Positions 31,884 through 41,982 of a stretch of 64,000 nt of DNA are shown here, piece by piece. A program made the translations under genes and the position numbers. A model generated the notes under the pieces. It was not told the origin of the DNA, did not search any database, and saw only the letters and a list, made by a program, of their open reading frames with translations. Numbering within the stretch: position 1 is the first letter of the stretch; the number at the start of each line of letters is the position of its first letter. The stretch spans positions 2,881-66,880 of the forward strand of contig JANMTV010000051.1 in NCBI GenBank assembly GCA_031390905.1, in the 5' to 3' direction. This DNA comes from Ilumatobacteraceae bacterium. GTDB taxonomy: Bacteria; Actinomycetota; Acidimicrobiia; Acidimicrobiales; Ilumatobacteraceae.

Positions 31884-32711
31884 GTGTCGCAAGAAGATGA
31901 GTTGCTCGCGGAGGTACTCGGGCGGTATGCCGATGCGCCGAACCCTCGCCTCAAGGAAATCATGGAAGCCGCTATCCGGCATCTTCATGCGTTCGCTGGC
32001 GATGTCAACTTGCAGCGCGACGAGTGGTTCGAGGGCATCAAGTGGCTCACGGCGACCGGCCAGATGTGTAGCGACACGCGCCAGGAATTCATTCTGATGT
32101 CCGACACGTTGGGTGTGTCGACGCTTGTCGAGATGTTGACCTATGCCGGCGCATCCGGGACTACCGAGAACACCGTGCTCGGACCGTTTTACGTGCCGGA
32201 CTCGCCGATTCGCGAGTTTGGCGAGTCGATGCTGGTCGACCCGGACGACGGTGACCGCGTCGTAATTCGTGGGACGGTGACGAACGCGGACGGTGAGCCG
32301 CTTTCCGGAGCGGTGCTCGACTGCTGGCAGAACGCGACGGCCGGCTACTACGCCGTGCAGCAGATGGATGACCAGTCGCCCGAGAACCTCCGCGGTATCT
32401 ACACGACCGACGATCAGGGGCGATACGAGATCCGCACGGTTCGCCCGGTTCCGTACCCGATCCCCTACGACGGTCCGGTCGGTGCCCTGCTCTCGGCGAA
32501 CTCGCGGAACTTCATGCGCCCCGGCCACACCCATGTTTGGCTGAAGGCCGACGGTTACAAGGAACTGATCACCCACGTCTTCGACACCGAGAGCGACTAC
32601 CTCCACGACGACGCCGTGTTCGGTGTACGTGACAGCCTGATCACGAGCTTCGCTCCCGACGAATCCGGCGAACTCACCACGACCTACGACTTCGTCCTCG
32701 ACCGCACCTGA
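31884..32711 (+). CDS. Intradiol ring-cleavage dioxygenase (hydroxyquinol/catechol 1,2-dioxygenase family)
   Basis: RQEFILMSDTLGVS, TENTVLGPFY, WQNATAGYY, YPIPYDGPVG, RPGHTH; AAGGAGG RBS before GTG. Confidence 0.9.
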   Translation: MSQEDELLAEVLGRYADAPNPRLKEIMEAAIRHLHAFAGDVNLQRDEWFEGIKWLTATGQMCSDTRQEFILMSDTLGVSTLVEMLTYAGASGTTENTVLGPFYVPDSPIREFGESMLVDPDDGDRVVIRGTVTNADGEPLSGAVLDCWQNATAGYYAVQQMDDQSPENLRGIYTTDDQGRYEIRTVRPVPYPIPYDGPVGALLSANSRNFMRPGHTHVWLKADGYKELITHVFDTESDYLHDDAVFGVRDSLITSFAPDESGELTTTYDFVLDRT

Positions 32712-32765
32712 CCAGCGGTTTGCACGCGCCGCCATCGTGGCGCTTAGGGCGCCAGAATGGCGCTC

Positions 32766-32996
32766 ATGCCCAGCTTGCAGGTCAAGGATGTTCCCAACCA
32801 GGTTCACGATGTCTTGCGTCGGCGGGCGGCGGCCGCCGGCCAATCACTGCAGGAGTACGTCATGACCTTGCTCGAGGAGCACACGTCGGCAGACACTGTC
32901 CAAGAAGTGTTCGAGCGAATCTCTTTTCGGTCGGGCGGCAGTATCACTTTCGGCGACGCGGTCGCGGCGATCCGCTCGGACCGCGACAGCCGGTGA
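32766..32996 (+). CDS. FitA/VapB-like ribbon-helix-helix antitoxin
   Basis: LQVKDVPNQVHDVLRRRAAAAGQSLQEY; GTGA overlap with PIN gene. Confidence 0.85.
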   Translation: MPSLQVKDVPNQVHDVLRRRAAAAGQSLQEYVMTLLEEHTSADTVQEVFERISFRSGGSITFGDAVAAIRSDRDSR

Positions 32997-33387
32997 TCGT
33001 TGTCGACGCCGGCGTGCTCGTTGCGGCGCTCGGAGACGACGACCGCAGCGGCCAGATCGCTCGGCGGCGACTCCGCGACGAACACTTGATGGCACCGGAA
33101 ATCATTGATCTTGAGGTGATCTCGGTGTTGCGTCGGATGGTCGCGTCACGACTGTGTCCGACGTTCGAGGCGATCAGGCGGTGCTCGACCTGGTGTCGAT
33201 TCGGATGACTCGCGTCCCGCATCGACTCGTTGTCAAACGATGCTGGGATCTCCGGCAGAACTCGACGCCGTATGACGCCGCATACAGCGCCGTCGCCGAA
33301 GCATTTCAACTCACGCTGGTCACCGCCGACGCCAAGCTCGCCGGGGTACCGGGAACCAACTGCGTGGTCGAACTCCTGACCGATTGA
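32993..33387 (+). pseudogene. VapC-like PIN toxin, frameshifted at ~33153
   Basis: VIVVDAGVLV, APEIIDLEVISVLR in one frame; WDLRQN, YDAAY, LVTADAKL in another. Confidence 0.8.
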
Positions 33388-33637
33388 CCGTCGCTATTCC
33401 CGCCAATTCGGCCGGTTTCATCGTGGTACGTTTTGACAATGAAGCTCGGCCGGTGCCGACGAAGTGCCGCCCGATGACACTCCGACGTCGGACGTTCCGA
33501 TTCCAGATATTGAACTGGAACGAGTGCTCGCTTTGCCTCCGGAGTTGAACAATGAACAGGAGCAGCGGCACCAACACCGTCAAGATCGAGATCACCGGCT
33601 GGATCCTCGATTGAGAGTCCCGGTCGAAGCGCGAGTC

Positions 33638-34198
33638 GTGACGTTCGTGCTGATCCTCGGTTCCGCAATCACGGCATGCCGTGCGGGCTCCGCCGAGCAG
33701 CCACGGTCTTCGAACAACAATCCAGAAACCTCATCAACGGAAAGCTCGACATCGGCGGAGTCGACGCCGGTACTGGTGCTACCGCGCTCCTGCTACTCGC
33801 GGGACACCGAGTCCGAATGCCAAGAACTGACGGCGGAAGAGACCAGCGAAGCATCGTACGTTGACGGTCCGATTGTGGTCGACAACGACTGTGTATACGT
33901 TCGCTATCTGAACGGGACCGTCGGTGCGGTGATCTTTCCGTTCGGAACCGAATGGGATGACGCGGAGCAGGCAGTCGTTCTGGCCAACGGTGATCTGCTG
34001 CATGAGGGTGAGTGGTTCACGGGCGGCGGGGGTGGCCTGAAGTTGCACGAGCAGACCGCTGAGGCGCTTGGCGACGTGTTGGATGCACGCCTTCGGCGTT
34101 GTATGTCCTATCCCGGTATCGATCCCGTCTCGTATTTCAGACAGGCTTGGGGCGGGATCGTCACAAAGATTCCGGATCCGACCGTCAGCGTTCCGTAG
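33638..34198 (+). CDS. Putative lipoprotein
   Basis: Hydrophobic signal ending ITA-C, Ser/Thr-rich linker, small globular domain; start uncertain. Confidence 0.5.
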   Translation: MTFVLILGSAITACRAGSAEQPRSSNNNPETSSTESSTSAESTPVLVLPRSCYSRDTESECQELTAEETSEASYVDGPIVVDNDCVYVRYLNGTVGAVIFPFGTEWDDAEQAVVLANGDLLHEGEWFTGGGGGLKLHEQTAEALGDVLDARLRRCMSYPGIDPVSYFRQAWGGIVTKIPDPTVSVP

Positions 34199-34214
34199 CA
34201 TCGCAACGTGTCGT

Positions 34215-35672
34215 TCAGGCTGGCCACGTGGTGTCGGCGACGAACTGGTTGACTCGTTCCACCTGCGCACTGCGGTCGTAGACGTTGTACAGGGCTTGAC
34301 GCATTCTCACGGGGTCACCGAAGAAGAACTGTTCGTAGTGCGCCTGGCGACCGCCGAAGCTCGACAGCGTCATATCCCAGGCGAGCCGCATCAGGCGAAT
34401 ACGATCACCAGCGTCACCGCCGGCCGAGCCGAGGTACTTGGCGATGTCGGCGCCCATCGGGCCTGACAGATCGGCCTCGGTCGGGATCATGATCAAGCCA
34501 CTCGACGTGATCAACTTCAGGATCTCCACCAGGCGTTGATACGCCTTCGGGTAGTAGTTACGGGCTGCGTCGAGTGGGCCGCGGGCCGGACACAGGAGAC
34601 CGTACTTGTTCTTCGTCGCTCCAGCTTCAGAGGCGACGAGCAGCGACTTCATGATCTCGAGCGTGATGATCGTCTCTGCGATCATCTCCTGCACATGCTG
34701 ATACGAGCCGGTGCCAATCATGTCGACGGCGGCTTGCATCGTCCCGAGCAATGCCTCGGTCTTGGCGATCTTGAGGTTCACGACCTGGTGTGCCATGTGC
34801 AGCACCGCTCCGGTTTCGCCGTATGCCTGGTTGGCGAGCTCGGCGTCATTCATCAGGAACACCCGCTCCCACGGGACGAGCACGTTGTCGAAGTAGACCA
34901 TCGCGTCCATCTCGTCGAAGCGTGACCCGAGTGGATGGTCGGCATGTGAGCGACCCTGGTCCAGCGGCTCGCGACACTGGTACGAGAGGCCTTCGATGTT
35001 GTTCGGCACGGCGAATGCCATCGCATAGGGCTTCATATCGTCGCTGCGCTGCAGCACGGTCGATGGGAAGATCAGGATCTCGTCGGAGATCGGCAGCGTC
35101 GCCAGCATGCGAGCGCCCCGCACGACGATCCCATCGGACGTTTCACGAACGACTCCGAGGGCGATAAACGGATCATCGTGTTCGGAGTCACGTTTCGATC
35201 GATCGACCTGCGGGTTGGTGAGGGCGTGAGTGAGGGCGAGGTCGTTCTCGCGGACGAACTCGAAGTAGTTCGTGGCGTTCGGACCGAAGCGGTGGTCATT
35301 CTGGTTGAAGAAGCCTGGCGCCATACCGGCCGCCATCACGTTGACATTGAGGTAGTCAGGAGTGCGACCCATGAAACCGAGATGAGCGTTGGCCCACACA
35401 CGGTGCATCGACGAGCGGCGTTGCAGATCTTCGATCGTCTCCGGCACGAGAAAGCTGATCCCGACTCGGTCGCCTGTTGTGGGGCTCTCGAATGTCATCG
35501 TGTCGACGAGCTCCGGCTGATGCTGCAGGTCGTACAGCGCCGCCAAAGACTTGCAGGCGTTTGCCGTGGTCGGATGTGTGGTCGGATCCGTCACCTGCTC
35601 GCCATTGACCCAGAGATTTGGCGCGTCCGATCGGAGTCGGGACAACACGTTGGCAGCGGTGCGAGCAGGCAT
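34215..35672 (-). CDS. hpaB: 4-hydroxyphenylacetate 3-monooxygenase, oxygenase component
   Basis: [49 protein letters not shown]. Confidence 0.9.
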   Translation of the reverse strand: MPARTAANVLSRLRSDAPNLWVNGEQVTDPTTHPTTANACKSLAALYDLQHQPELVDTMTFESPTTGDRVGISFLVPETIEDLQRRSSMHRVWANAHLGFMGRTPDYLNVNVMAAGMAPGFFNQNDHRFGPNATNYFEFVRENDLALTHALTNPQVDRSKRDSEHDDPFIALGVVRETSDGIVVRGARMLATLPISDEILIFPSTVLQRSDDMKPYAMAFAVPNNIEGLSYQCREPLDQGRSHADHPLGSRFDEMDAMVYFDNVLVPWERVFLMNDAELANQAYGETGAVLHMAHQVVNLKIAKTEALLGTMQAAVDMIGTGSYQHVQEMIAETIITLEIMKSLLVASEAGATKNKYGLLCPARGPLDAARNYYPKAYQRLVEILKLITSSGLIMIPTEADLSGPMGADIAKYLGSAGGDAGDRIRLMRLAWDMTLSSFGGRQAHYEQFFFGDPVRMRQALYNVYDRSAQVERVNQFVADTTWPA

Positions 35673-35707
35673 GGACAGATCTAATCAAAGGTTGTACTAT
35701 CCTGTCA

Positions 35708-36268
35708 ATGGCTGAACGAGCGAATTCGAAGACCGGCGATGCAGAACGCGACGTCCGAGATCCAGCACTCACATTCGTCGGTCGCGCCCTCGATCAGGTC
35801 GCCGATCATCTCGACGGCATCGATCGGCAAGCGATGGAGATGGTGCTGCTGATGCACCGAGTCACCAACGCGGTCGTATATGACCTGGAATCGACAGTGC
35901 ACCGACCGGCCGGCTGGAGTTGGTCAGCGTTTCGTGCCGTCTTCACGTTGTGGGTCTCTGGCGAGCTCGAACCAAGCAAGCTGGCCGAGCAGAGTGGCAT
36001 GAGTCGTCAGGCCGTTTCGGCGCTTGCCAAGACACTCGAAGTCGACCGGTTGATACAACGTGATGCAGTGTCCGGCGACGGTCGTTCGGTGTCATTGTCA
36101 CTCACCACCGAAGGGCGCGATCAGATCGAGCGGATCTTCCGACAGCACAACGAGCGCGAACAGCGGTGGGCCTCGATCTTGACCGGCGACGAACGCACCA
36201 CGCTGACAGCGCTGCTCAACAAACTGGCCGACGCCAGTCAGCAGCCATGGGTCAGCCACCGATTCTGA
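35708..36268 (+). CDS. MarR family regulator
   Basis: SKLAEQSGMSRQAVSALAKTLE, DGRSVSLSLTTEG; divergent from hpaB. Confidence 0.88.
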   Translation: MAERANSKTGDAERDVRDPALTFVGRALDQVADHLDGIDRQAMEMVLLMHRVTNAVVYDLESTVHRPAGWSWSAFRAVFTLWVSGELEPSKLAEQSGMSRQAVSALAKTLEVDRLIQRDAVSGDGRSVSLSLTTEGRDQIERIFRQHNEREQRWASILTGDERTTLTALLNKLADASQQPWVSHRF

Positions 36269-36301
36269 TGTTACCGATGGTGTCTGACACCATCGGTGAC
36301 A
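36269..36301. repeat. GGTGTCTGACAC-core palindrome, copy 3
   Basis: TGTTACCGATGGTGTC-T-GACACCATCGGTGACA (15/16 arm match). Confidence 0.9.
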
Positions 36302-36320
36302 CTGGCAGACAGGAGACACT

Positions 36321-37334
36321 GTGAACAATCCACCAGACATCGTGCGATCGGCTTACGTCGATCTCGTCGTCACGGATCTCGAACGTGCTCGCCGCTGGTG
36401 GGTCGACTTGATCGGGTTTCACGTGCAGGACGAGGAACCCGGTGTCCTGTACCTGCGCGGTTACGAGGAGTTCGTCCACCACAGCGTGGTGCTGCGCGAA
36501 GGACCGCTGGCAGCGTGTCGGCGGATGGGATTCAGGGTCCGCACACCTGACGACCTCGACAAAGCCGAACGCTTCTTTGCCAATCGCGGTTGTGCGACCC
36601 AGCGCGTTCCTGCCGGGGCAACGCTCGGGCTTGGCGAGGCCGTGCGCGCCGTCGACCCACTCGGGTTCACGGTCGAGTTCGTCCACCAGATGGACCGGGT
36701 CGAGCCACTGGTACAGCGTTACGACCTGCGGCATGGGGCGAGCATCAACCGGCTCGACCACATCAATATCGCGATCCCCGACGTGCCAGAGGCGTACGAC
36801 TACTACACGTCGCTCGGGTTCGGCCTATCCGAAACGATCGAGGATCTGAGCGACGGCACGCTGTATGCAGCGTGGATGTTCCGCAAGCAGACCGTGCACG
36901 ACATCGCCTTCACGCTTGGTTCCGGACCGATGCTGCATCACGTCGCGTTTGCTGTGCCCGAGTCGCACAACATCTTGTCGCTGTGCGACCGAATTGGAGC
37001 ACTCAACCTGGCGAAGTACATCGAACGCGGCCCAGGTCGTCACGGTGTGTCGAACGCCTTCTACCTGTACCTGCGCGATGACGATGGCCACCGGATCGAG
37101 ATCTACACGACCGACTATTTCACCGGCGATCCCGATCACGAACCGATCCGATGGGATGTCCACGACGAACGGCGCCGAGACTTCTGGGCGAATCCGATTG
37201 TTCCCACCTGGTACCACGGTTCAGTCGGCGTGCTCGACCTCGACGGGGACCCGGTCACCGTGGTTGCACAAGACCCCACCGAACGAACTGTGACCGTCGG
37301 AGCCGACGGCCTCGGCAACATCGTCAACGACTGA
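36321..37334 (+). CDS. hpaD: 3,4-dihydroxyphenylacetate 2,3-dioxygenase (extradiol)
   Basis: YLRGYEEFVHHS, RLDHIN, TVHDIAF, LHHVAF, ERGPGRHGVSNAFYLYLRD, HRIEIYT. Confidence 0.9.
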   Translation: MNNPPDIVRSAYVDLVVTDLERARRWWVDLIGFHVQDEEPGVLYLRGYEEFVHHSVVLREGPLAACRRMGFRVRTPDDLDKAERFFANRGCATQRVPAGATLGLGEAVRAVDPLGFTVEFVHQMDRVEPLVQRYDLRHGASINRLDHINIAIPDVPEAYDYYTSLGFGLSETIEDLSDGTLYAAWMFRKQTVHDIAFTLGSGPMLHHVAFAVPESHNILSLCDRIGALNLAKYIERGPGRHGVSNAFYLYLRDDDGHRIEIYTTDYFTGDPDHEPIRWDVHDERRRDFWANPIVPTWYHGSVGVLDLDGDPVTVVAQDPTERTVTVGADGLGNIVND

Positions 37335-37370
37335 GAATCTCCGAGTCGACAGGAAGTATCGCTGTGCGGG

Positions 37371-38621
37371 TTACCTGGCGAGCAGGATTTGCTCGACTTG
37401 GTTTCGCGAACTTTCGGCGGTGGCCCGCCTGAATGTGACGATCGCAACCGCCGCAGAGCACACGAAGCCGATCGCCAACGGCGTGATCGAATTGTCGAAG
37501 GCGCGGTTGATCAGGCTGCCGAGCACTGCGCCGAGCACGCCCGACACCATGCCAAGGATCGCCGCCGCCGTGCCGGCAACTTGGGCAAGCGGGCGCATCG
37601 CGGCAGCGTTGATGTTGGGAACCAGCACACCGTGCGTGATCAGGATTCCGCTCAACAGGGCGACGAACAGCCAAAACGGGGGCCGACCCTCTGTCAGCAG
37701 CGCTGTCGCCAAGAAGATCACGCCGAACACTCCGTAACCGAGCAGCAAACGGGCGACGAGCCGGTCGAGTCCGACACGCTCGACGATCCGGCCGTTGAGC
37801 AACATGCCGACACCCATCACGATCGCCATTGCACCGAAGAAGATCGGAAACCAGTTCTTGAGATCGAACACTTGGTCAAGGATGATTTCAGAGCTCGAGA
37901 GGTAGGCGATGAACACACCGAACAGGGCGGTCATGGCGATCAGGTAACTCACGGTCCCCGGTGTCGCTACGACGATCTTGCAGCTCTGCCAGACTTCGCC
38001 ACCGGCCAACGGGCGTCGCTCATCCACCGCCAACGTCTCGGGAAGTCTGAACACCATCAATGCGACTGCGACGGCTGCTGCAGCACACATCCAGAACACG
38101 ACCTGCCATGGCCCGATCTTGAGCAACCCGGCGGCAATCGTCGGCGCAAACGTCGGGACCAAAATGAATACGGCCATGATGAACGACATCTGACGAGCCA
38201 TCTGCTCACCGGCGTAGACATCACGAACCATTGCCATCGCGGCGACTCGCGGGCCTGCTGAACCGAGCCCCCAGACGAACCGAGCGATCAGCATCACCGT
38301 CAGCGAAGAAGCCAGGCTGGCTCCGATTGCACCCACGATGAACAGCAGCAACCCGCCCCACATCACCGGTCGTCGGCCAAACCGGTCAGCCAGCAGCCCT
38401 GCCGGCAACAGTCCAATCGACGACCCCATCAGAAATACGGTGATCAGGCCGGCAACAGCAGTCGAGTCACTCGCCAAGCCCATCGCCGAACGGATGTCGG
38501 CAAAAGCAGGGAGGACCGAATCAACCGACAACGCCGTCGCCGCCATCGCCATCGACAAGACGAACGTGAATCCCTTCGTCCCCGGAACCAGCGAAGTGCG
38601 GGATCCGTTGCGGGTGAGCAT
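37371..38621 (-). CDS. MFS efflux transporter, Bcr/CflA family
   Basis: LSVDSVLPAF, LADRFGRRPV, MVRDVYAG, ~12 hydrophobic segments. Confidence 0.88.
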   Translation of the reverse strand: MLTRNGSRTSLVPGTKGFTFVLSMAMAATALSVDSVLPAFADIRSAMGLASDSTAVAGLITVFLMGSSIGLLPAGLLADRFGRRPVMWGGLLLFIVGAIGASLASSLTVMLIARFVWGLGSAGPRVAAMAMVRDVYAGEQMARQMSFIMAVFILVPTFAPTIAAGLLKIGPWQVVFWMCAAAAVAVALMVFRLPETLAVDERRPLAGGEVWQSCKIVVATPGTVSYLIAMTALFGVFIAYLSSSEIILDQVFDLKNWFPIFFGAMAIVMGVGMLLNGRIVERVGLDRLVARLLLGYGVFGVIFLATALLTEGRPPFWLFVALLSGILITHGVLVPNINAAAMRPLAQVAGTAAAILGMVSGVLGAVLGSLINRAFDNSITPLAIGFVCSAAVAIVTFRRATAESSRNQVEQILLAR

Positions 38622-38695
38622 GCACGTCAGGCTATGAACGTCGAGTCACATCCCAACTAGCATCGTTCGCGACGTCGAAACGTCGCTCCGGAAAA

Positions 38696-38974
38696 TCAGG
38701 TCTGTGCAGCGAAGGCGCTATGGAGTGGGTAGTACCTCCGATCGGGGACGATCTCAGGCGGGAGATTGGGCTTGACGTTCTCGACGAACCAGTTCTGCCC
38801 GTCCTCCTCTGACTCCCAGATCTCGACGACCCTCCAACCTGCGATCGGGCTCGGCCCGCCGGTATGGGCGATAAACCCCTTGGCGGCACGCATCAGGGGA
38901 GTCATCTGTCCGATCATCCCCGCATAAATCTCCTCGGACAGATTCGGCACTTCACCGATCATCAGCACTGGCAT
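38696..38974 (-). CDS. Small hypothetical protein, possibly dimeric alpha/beta barrel
   Basis: KGFIAHTGG, WRVVEIWESEED. Confidence 0.6.
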   Translation of the reverse strand: MPVLMIGEVPNLSEEIYAGMIGQMTPLMRAAKGFIAHTGGPSPIAGWRVVEIWESEEDGQNWFVENVKPNLPPEIVPDRRYYPLHSAFAAQT

Positions 38975-39074
38975 CAAAGTCTCCATTCTCGTGGCGGTGC
39001 GCCGCATATTACGGCAACCCGGAGGAGCGCACCAGGGGCTAGTTGCGCCGTTTTCCGTCGACAGGAACGTGAGT

Positions 39075-39977
39075 TCAGGTGCCGCAGGTTTCTAACACGA
39101 CGCGGACACAGGCGGCCGTTGTGAGCCTCGTGTCACCTTGACGCCAGGCGACTCGGAACTCGTCCCACAGCCCGACGGGATCGAGTGGGCGAATCGCAAC
39201 ATCAACTCGGCCAGACTCCCGCTCGGCCTGCCAAGTGTTCAACCATCCGATACCACTCCCAATCGCAACCATGTCGAAGACTCGCTCGATTTGGGTTGCA
39301 CCGTGCGTCACCCATGCAGGGTTGACGCCGACGCCGGCGAGGTACCTAGTGATGTCGTCGTGAGCGCGCGGCGCATCGCCGCGGTCGACGATCAACACCG
39401 GTTCGCCTTCGAGCTCGGTGGCATCGACTCGGTCGACTCCCGCCAGCCGATGTCCCAACGGCACGGCAACGTGGTCAACCGGCACCCGCGCCAACGGTAC
39501 CGACGCAATCCGATCAGGGTCGGCCACCGGCCCACGGACAATACCGGCCGCGAGGCGACCGGACCGGAGTCCCTCGACGATGTTGACCGACGTCATCGCA
39601 GCAGGGTGAACCAGCACGTTGGGTTGCTCGTCACGAAATCGACGCAGGGAGTTCATCGCACCGCCCTCGCTGCCATGACAGAATCCGAACCCGAGATCGT
39701 TATCGGCCGACGTCAACTGTTTGGCGAGTTGCTCAAGCCGTTCCGCCGCTCGCAGTACAGCCCGCGCCTCGCCAAGCAATCGCTCGCCGGCATCAGTCAA
39801 CTCGACGCTGCGCGACGTCCGCTCGAACAGCGTCAAACCCAGTTCCGCTTCCAACTCCCGGATCCGCTGCGACAACGGCGGTGTCGACATGTGCAATCTG
39901 TCGGCGGCACGACCGAAGTGGCGTTCCTCCGCGACTGTGACGAAGTACCGCAATCGGCGCAGGTCAACGTTCGCCAC
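39075..39977 (-). CDS. LysR family regulator
   Basis: LRYFVTVAEERHFGRAADRLHMSTPPLSQRIRELE, LFERTSRSVELTDAG. Confidence 0.95.
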   Translation of the reverse strand: MANVDLRRLRYFVTVAEERHFGRAADRLHMSTPPLSQRIRELEAELGLTLFERTSRSVELTDAGERLLGEARAVLRAAERLEQLAKQLTSADNDLGFGFCHGSEGGAMNSLRRFRDEQPNVLVHPAAMTSVNIVEGLRSGRLAAGIVRGPVADPDRIASVPLARVPVDHVAVPLGHRLAGVDRVDATELEGEPVLIVDRGDAPRAHDDITRYLAGVGVNPAWVTHGATQIERVFDMVAIGSGIGWLNTWQAERESGRVDVAIRPLDPVGLWDEFRVAWRQGDTRLTTAACVRVVLETCGT

Positions 39978-40074
39978 GCCCTACAGGCTACTCGCCGATT
40001 GTTATCGAACGAGACATAATCGGCGTACCAGCCGGTCGTGGACACGACACCGGCCAGCGGCCAAACTATGACCC

Positions 40075-41274
40075 ATGAAGATGCTTTGGTTTCATCTCAT
40101 GCCGTACCCGGCGCTGCCAGACGACTTCAACAAGAAGCACCGCAGCGTGTGGGTCGACATCGACCCTGCCTTGTTCGATCGAGACATCATGGCCGAGACC
40201 TACGACACGTACATCGAGCAACTGGTGTACGCCGAGGAATGCGGCTTCGACGCGATCTGTGTCAACGAGCATCACAACAACGGGTATGGCTTGATGCCGT
40301 CGCCAAACCTGATCGCCTCGATCCTCGCCAGCCGCACTTCCAAGGCGGCGATCACAGTGCTCGGCAACTCGGTCGCGCTCTACAATCCGCCTGTCCGGAT
40401 CGCCGAGGAAATGGCGATGCTCGACCTGATGAGTCGCGGTCGGCTGATCGCCGGCTTCCCTGTCGGCACCCCGATGGACACCTGTTACTCGTACGGCGTC
40501 AACCCGAGCCATCTGCGCCCCAAGTACTACGAGGGCATCGAGTTGATCAAGCAAGCGTGGGAGTCGACCGAGGCATTCGCCTTCAATGGTCAGTTCAACC
40601 AGCACCGATACGTCAACCCGGTCCCCCGCCCGTACCAGCGCCCGCGACCGCCGATCTGGATCCCTGGCGGAGGGTCGGTCGAGACGTGGGACTTCTGCGC
40701 CGCGAACGACTACGTGTACGGAGCCCTCACCTACTATGGCTACAAGATGGTCCGCGAGACCATTGCCGGATTCTGGCGACAGGTCGAAGCACACGGCAAG
40801 GACGCCAACCCGAACCGGCTGGCGGTCACACAGTTCATCGGAGTCGCCGACACCGACGCCGAAGCGCACAAGCTGTACCGCGAGCCGGCCGAATACTTCT
40901 TCAACCGCTCGCTGCACGTCTACCCCGGCTTCACCGATCCGCCCGGCTACGTCACGGAGGCTTCGGCGCGCGCCCGCTACAAGTCACAGGTTCGTCAAGT
41001 TGCCAGATCCAAGCAGGCCAGTCATGATCTCACGTGGCAGGAAATGCTCGACAAAGGTTATGTCGTCGTCGGCAGCGCCGACACGGTGCGCGAGCAACTC
41101 GAAGCAGCCGCCAGGGAACTCAACATCGGCAACATGTGCGCGATGCTCCAATTCGGCAACATGAACGACGAGGTGACCCGATACAACACCCAAATGTTCG
41201 GCGAGAAGGTCGCCCCGCAGTTGCGCACCATGTTCTCCGAATTCTCACACGATTGGTGGCCGACCGGTGCCTGA
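40075..41274 (+). CDS. Luciferase-like (LLM) flavin-dependent monooxygenase
   Basis: AEECGFDAICVNEHH, PVRIAEEMAMLDLMSRGRL, PYQRPRPPIW. Confidence 0.9.
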   Translation: MKMLWFHLMPYPALPDDFNKKHRSVWVDIDPALFDRDIMAETYDTYIEQLVYAEECGFDAICVNEHHNNGYGLMPSPNLIASILASRTSKAAITVLGNSVALYNPPVRIAEEMAMLDLMSRGRLIAGFPVGTPMDTCYSYGVNPSHLRPKYYEGIELIKQAWESTEAFAFNGQFNQHRYVNPVPRPYQRPRPPIWIPGGGSVETWDFCAANDYVYGALTYYGYKMVRETIAGFWRQVEAHGKDANPNRLAVTQFIGVADTDAEAHKLYREPAEYFFNRSLHVYPGFTDPPGYVTEASARARYKSQVRQVARSKQASHDLTWQEMLDKGYVVVGSADTVREQLEAAARELNIGNMCAMLQFGNMNDEVTRYNTQMFGEKVAPQLRTMFSEFSHDWWPTGA

Positions 41275-41977
41275 CTCTCGACTCCCCGAACGGCTGATCT
41301 ACCTTTTCGGGATCGCCGGCAATGCCGGCACTTCGCCCGCGTTGCAGCAACTCGCCGACGAGGGCTGCGAGATCATCACCCCGTCGGTTCCGGGCTTCGA
41401 TGGTGTCAGCGGATTCGTTGCGCCGTTCGAGTACCTCGACTGGTTGGCATCGTTCTGGGACTCGATCGACGCCTCAGCGGCGACACCATGCCCAGTTGTA
41501 GGCGCGTCGATTGGCGGCATGATCGCCGCCGATCTGGCAGCAATGCGACCGGAAGCGGTCACCAAACTGGCGTTGCTGGCACCCTTCGGGATCGCCGATG
41601 CCTCGAATCCAGGTTTCGACCTGTATGCAGTGCGCGGCCCCGACCGGCTGCAACACCTGTTCGCCAAGGGTGTGCCAGAGGCATTCAATAATCGCTTTGC
41701 CGACAGAGGCGAGGAAGACGCTCCGGTTGCTCTGTACCTGTCCGAGATCGCCGCCGCCAGCCTCACATGGCCGCTCGGTGATCGCGGACTAGCCCGCCGG
41801 ATACACCGGATCACGTGCCCGAAGCTGGTCCTGTGGGGCGAACAGGACGAACTCCTGCCGCCCGGTTTGATCGAACGCTGGGGCGGCGGCGATGTGGTCG
41901 CCGGTGCCGGCCACCTGCTCGAATGGGACACGCCCGATGAAGTCGCAAGCAAACTCCGAACGTTCCTGAAGGATTGA
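41267..41977 (+). CDS. Alpha/beta hydrolase
   Basis: VPGFDG, GASIGG, LWGEQD, AGHLLEW; overlaps LLM stop. Confidence 0.85.
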   Translation: MPDSRLPERLIYLFGIAGNAGTSPALQQLADEGCEIITPSVPGFDGVSGFVAPFEYLDWLASFWDSIDASAATPCPVVGASIGGMIAADLAAMRPEAVTKLALLAPFGIADASNPGFDLYAVRGPDRLQHLFAKGVPEAFNNRFADRGEEDAPVALYLSEIAAASLTWPLGDRGLARRIHRITCPKLVLWGEQDELLPPGLIERWGGGDVVAGAGHLLEWDTPDEVASKLRTFLKD

Positions 41978-41982
41978 TCACC

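Noticed and set aside
33388-33637. Minus-strand ORF 33320..33595 with one hydrophobic stretch
   Set aside because: No recognisable family, overlaps vapC; may be a remnant but cannot be supported.
40002-40019. TTAT-N10-ATAA dyad as LysR binding site
   Set aside because: Spacing does not fit T-N11-A and arms are too short.
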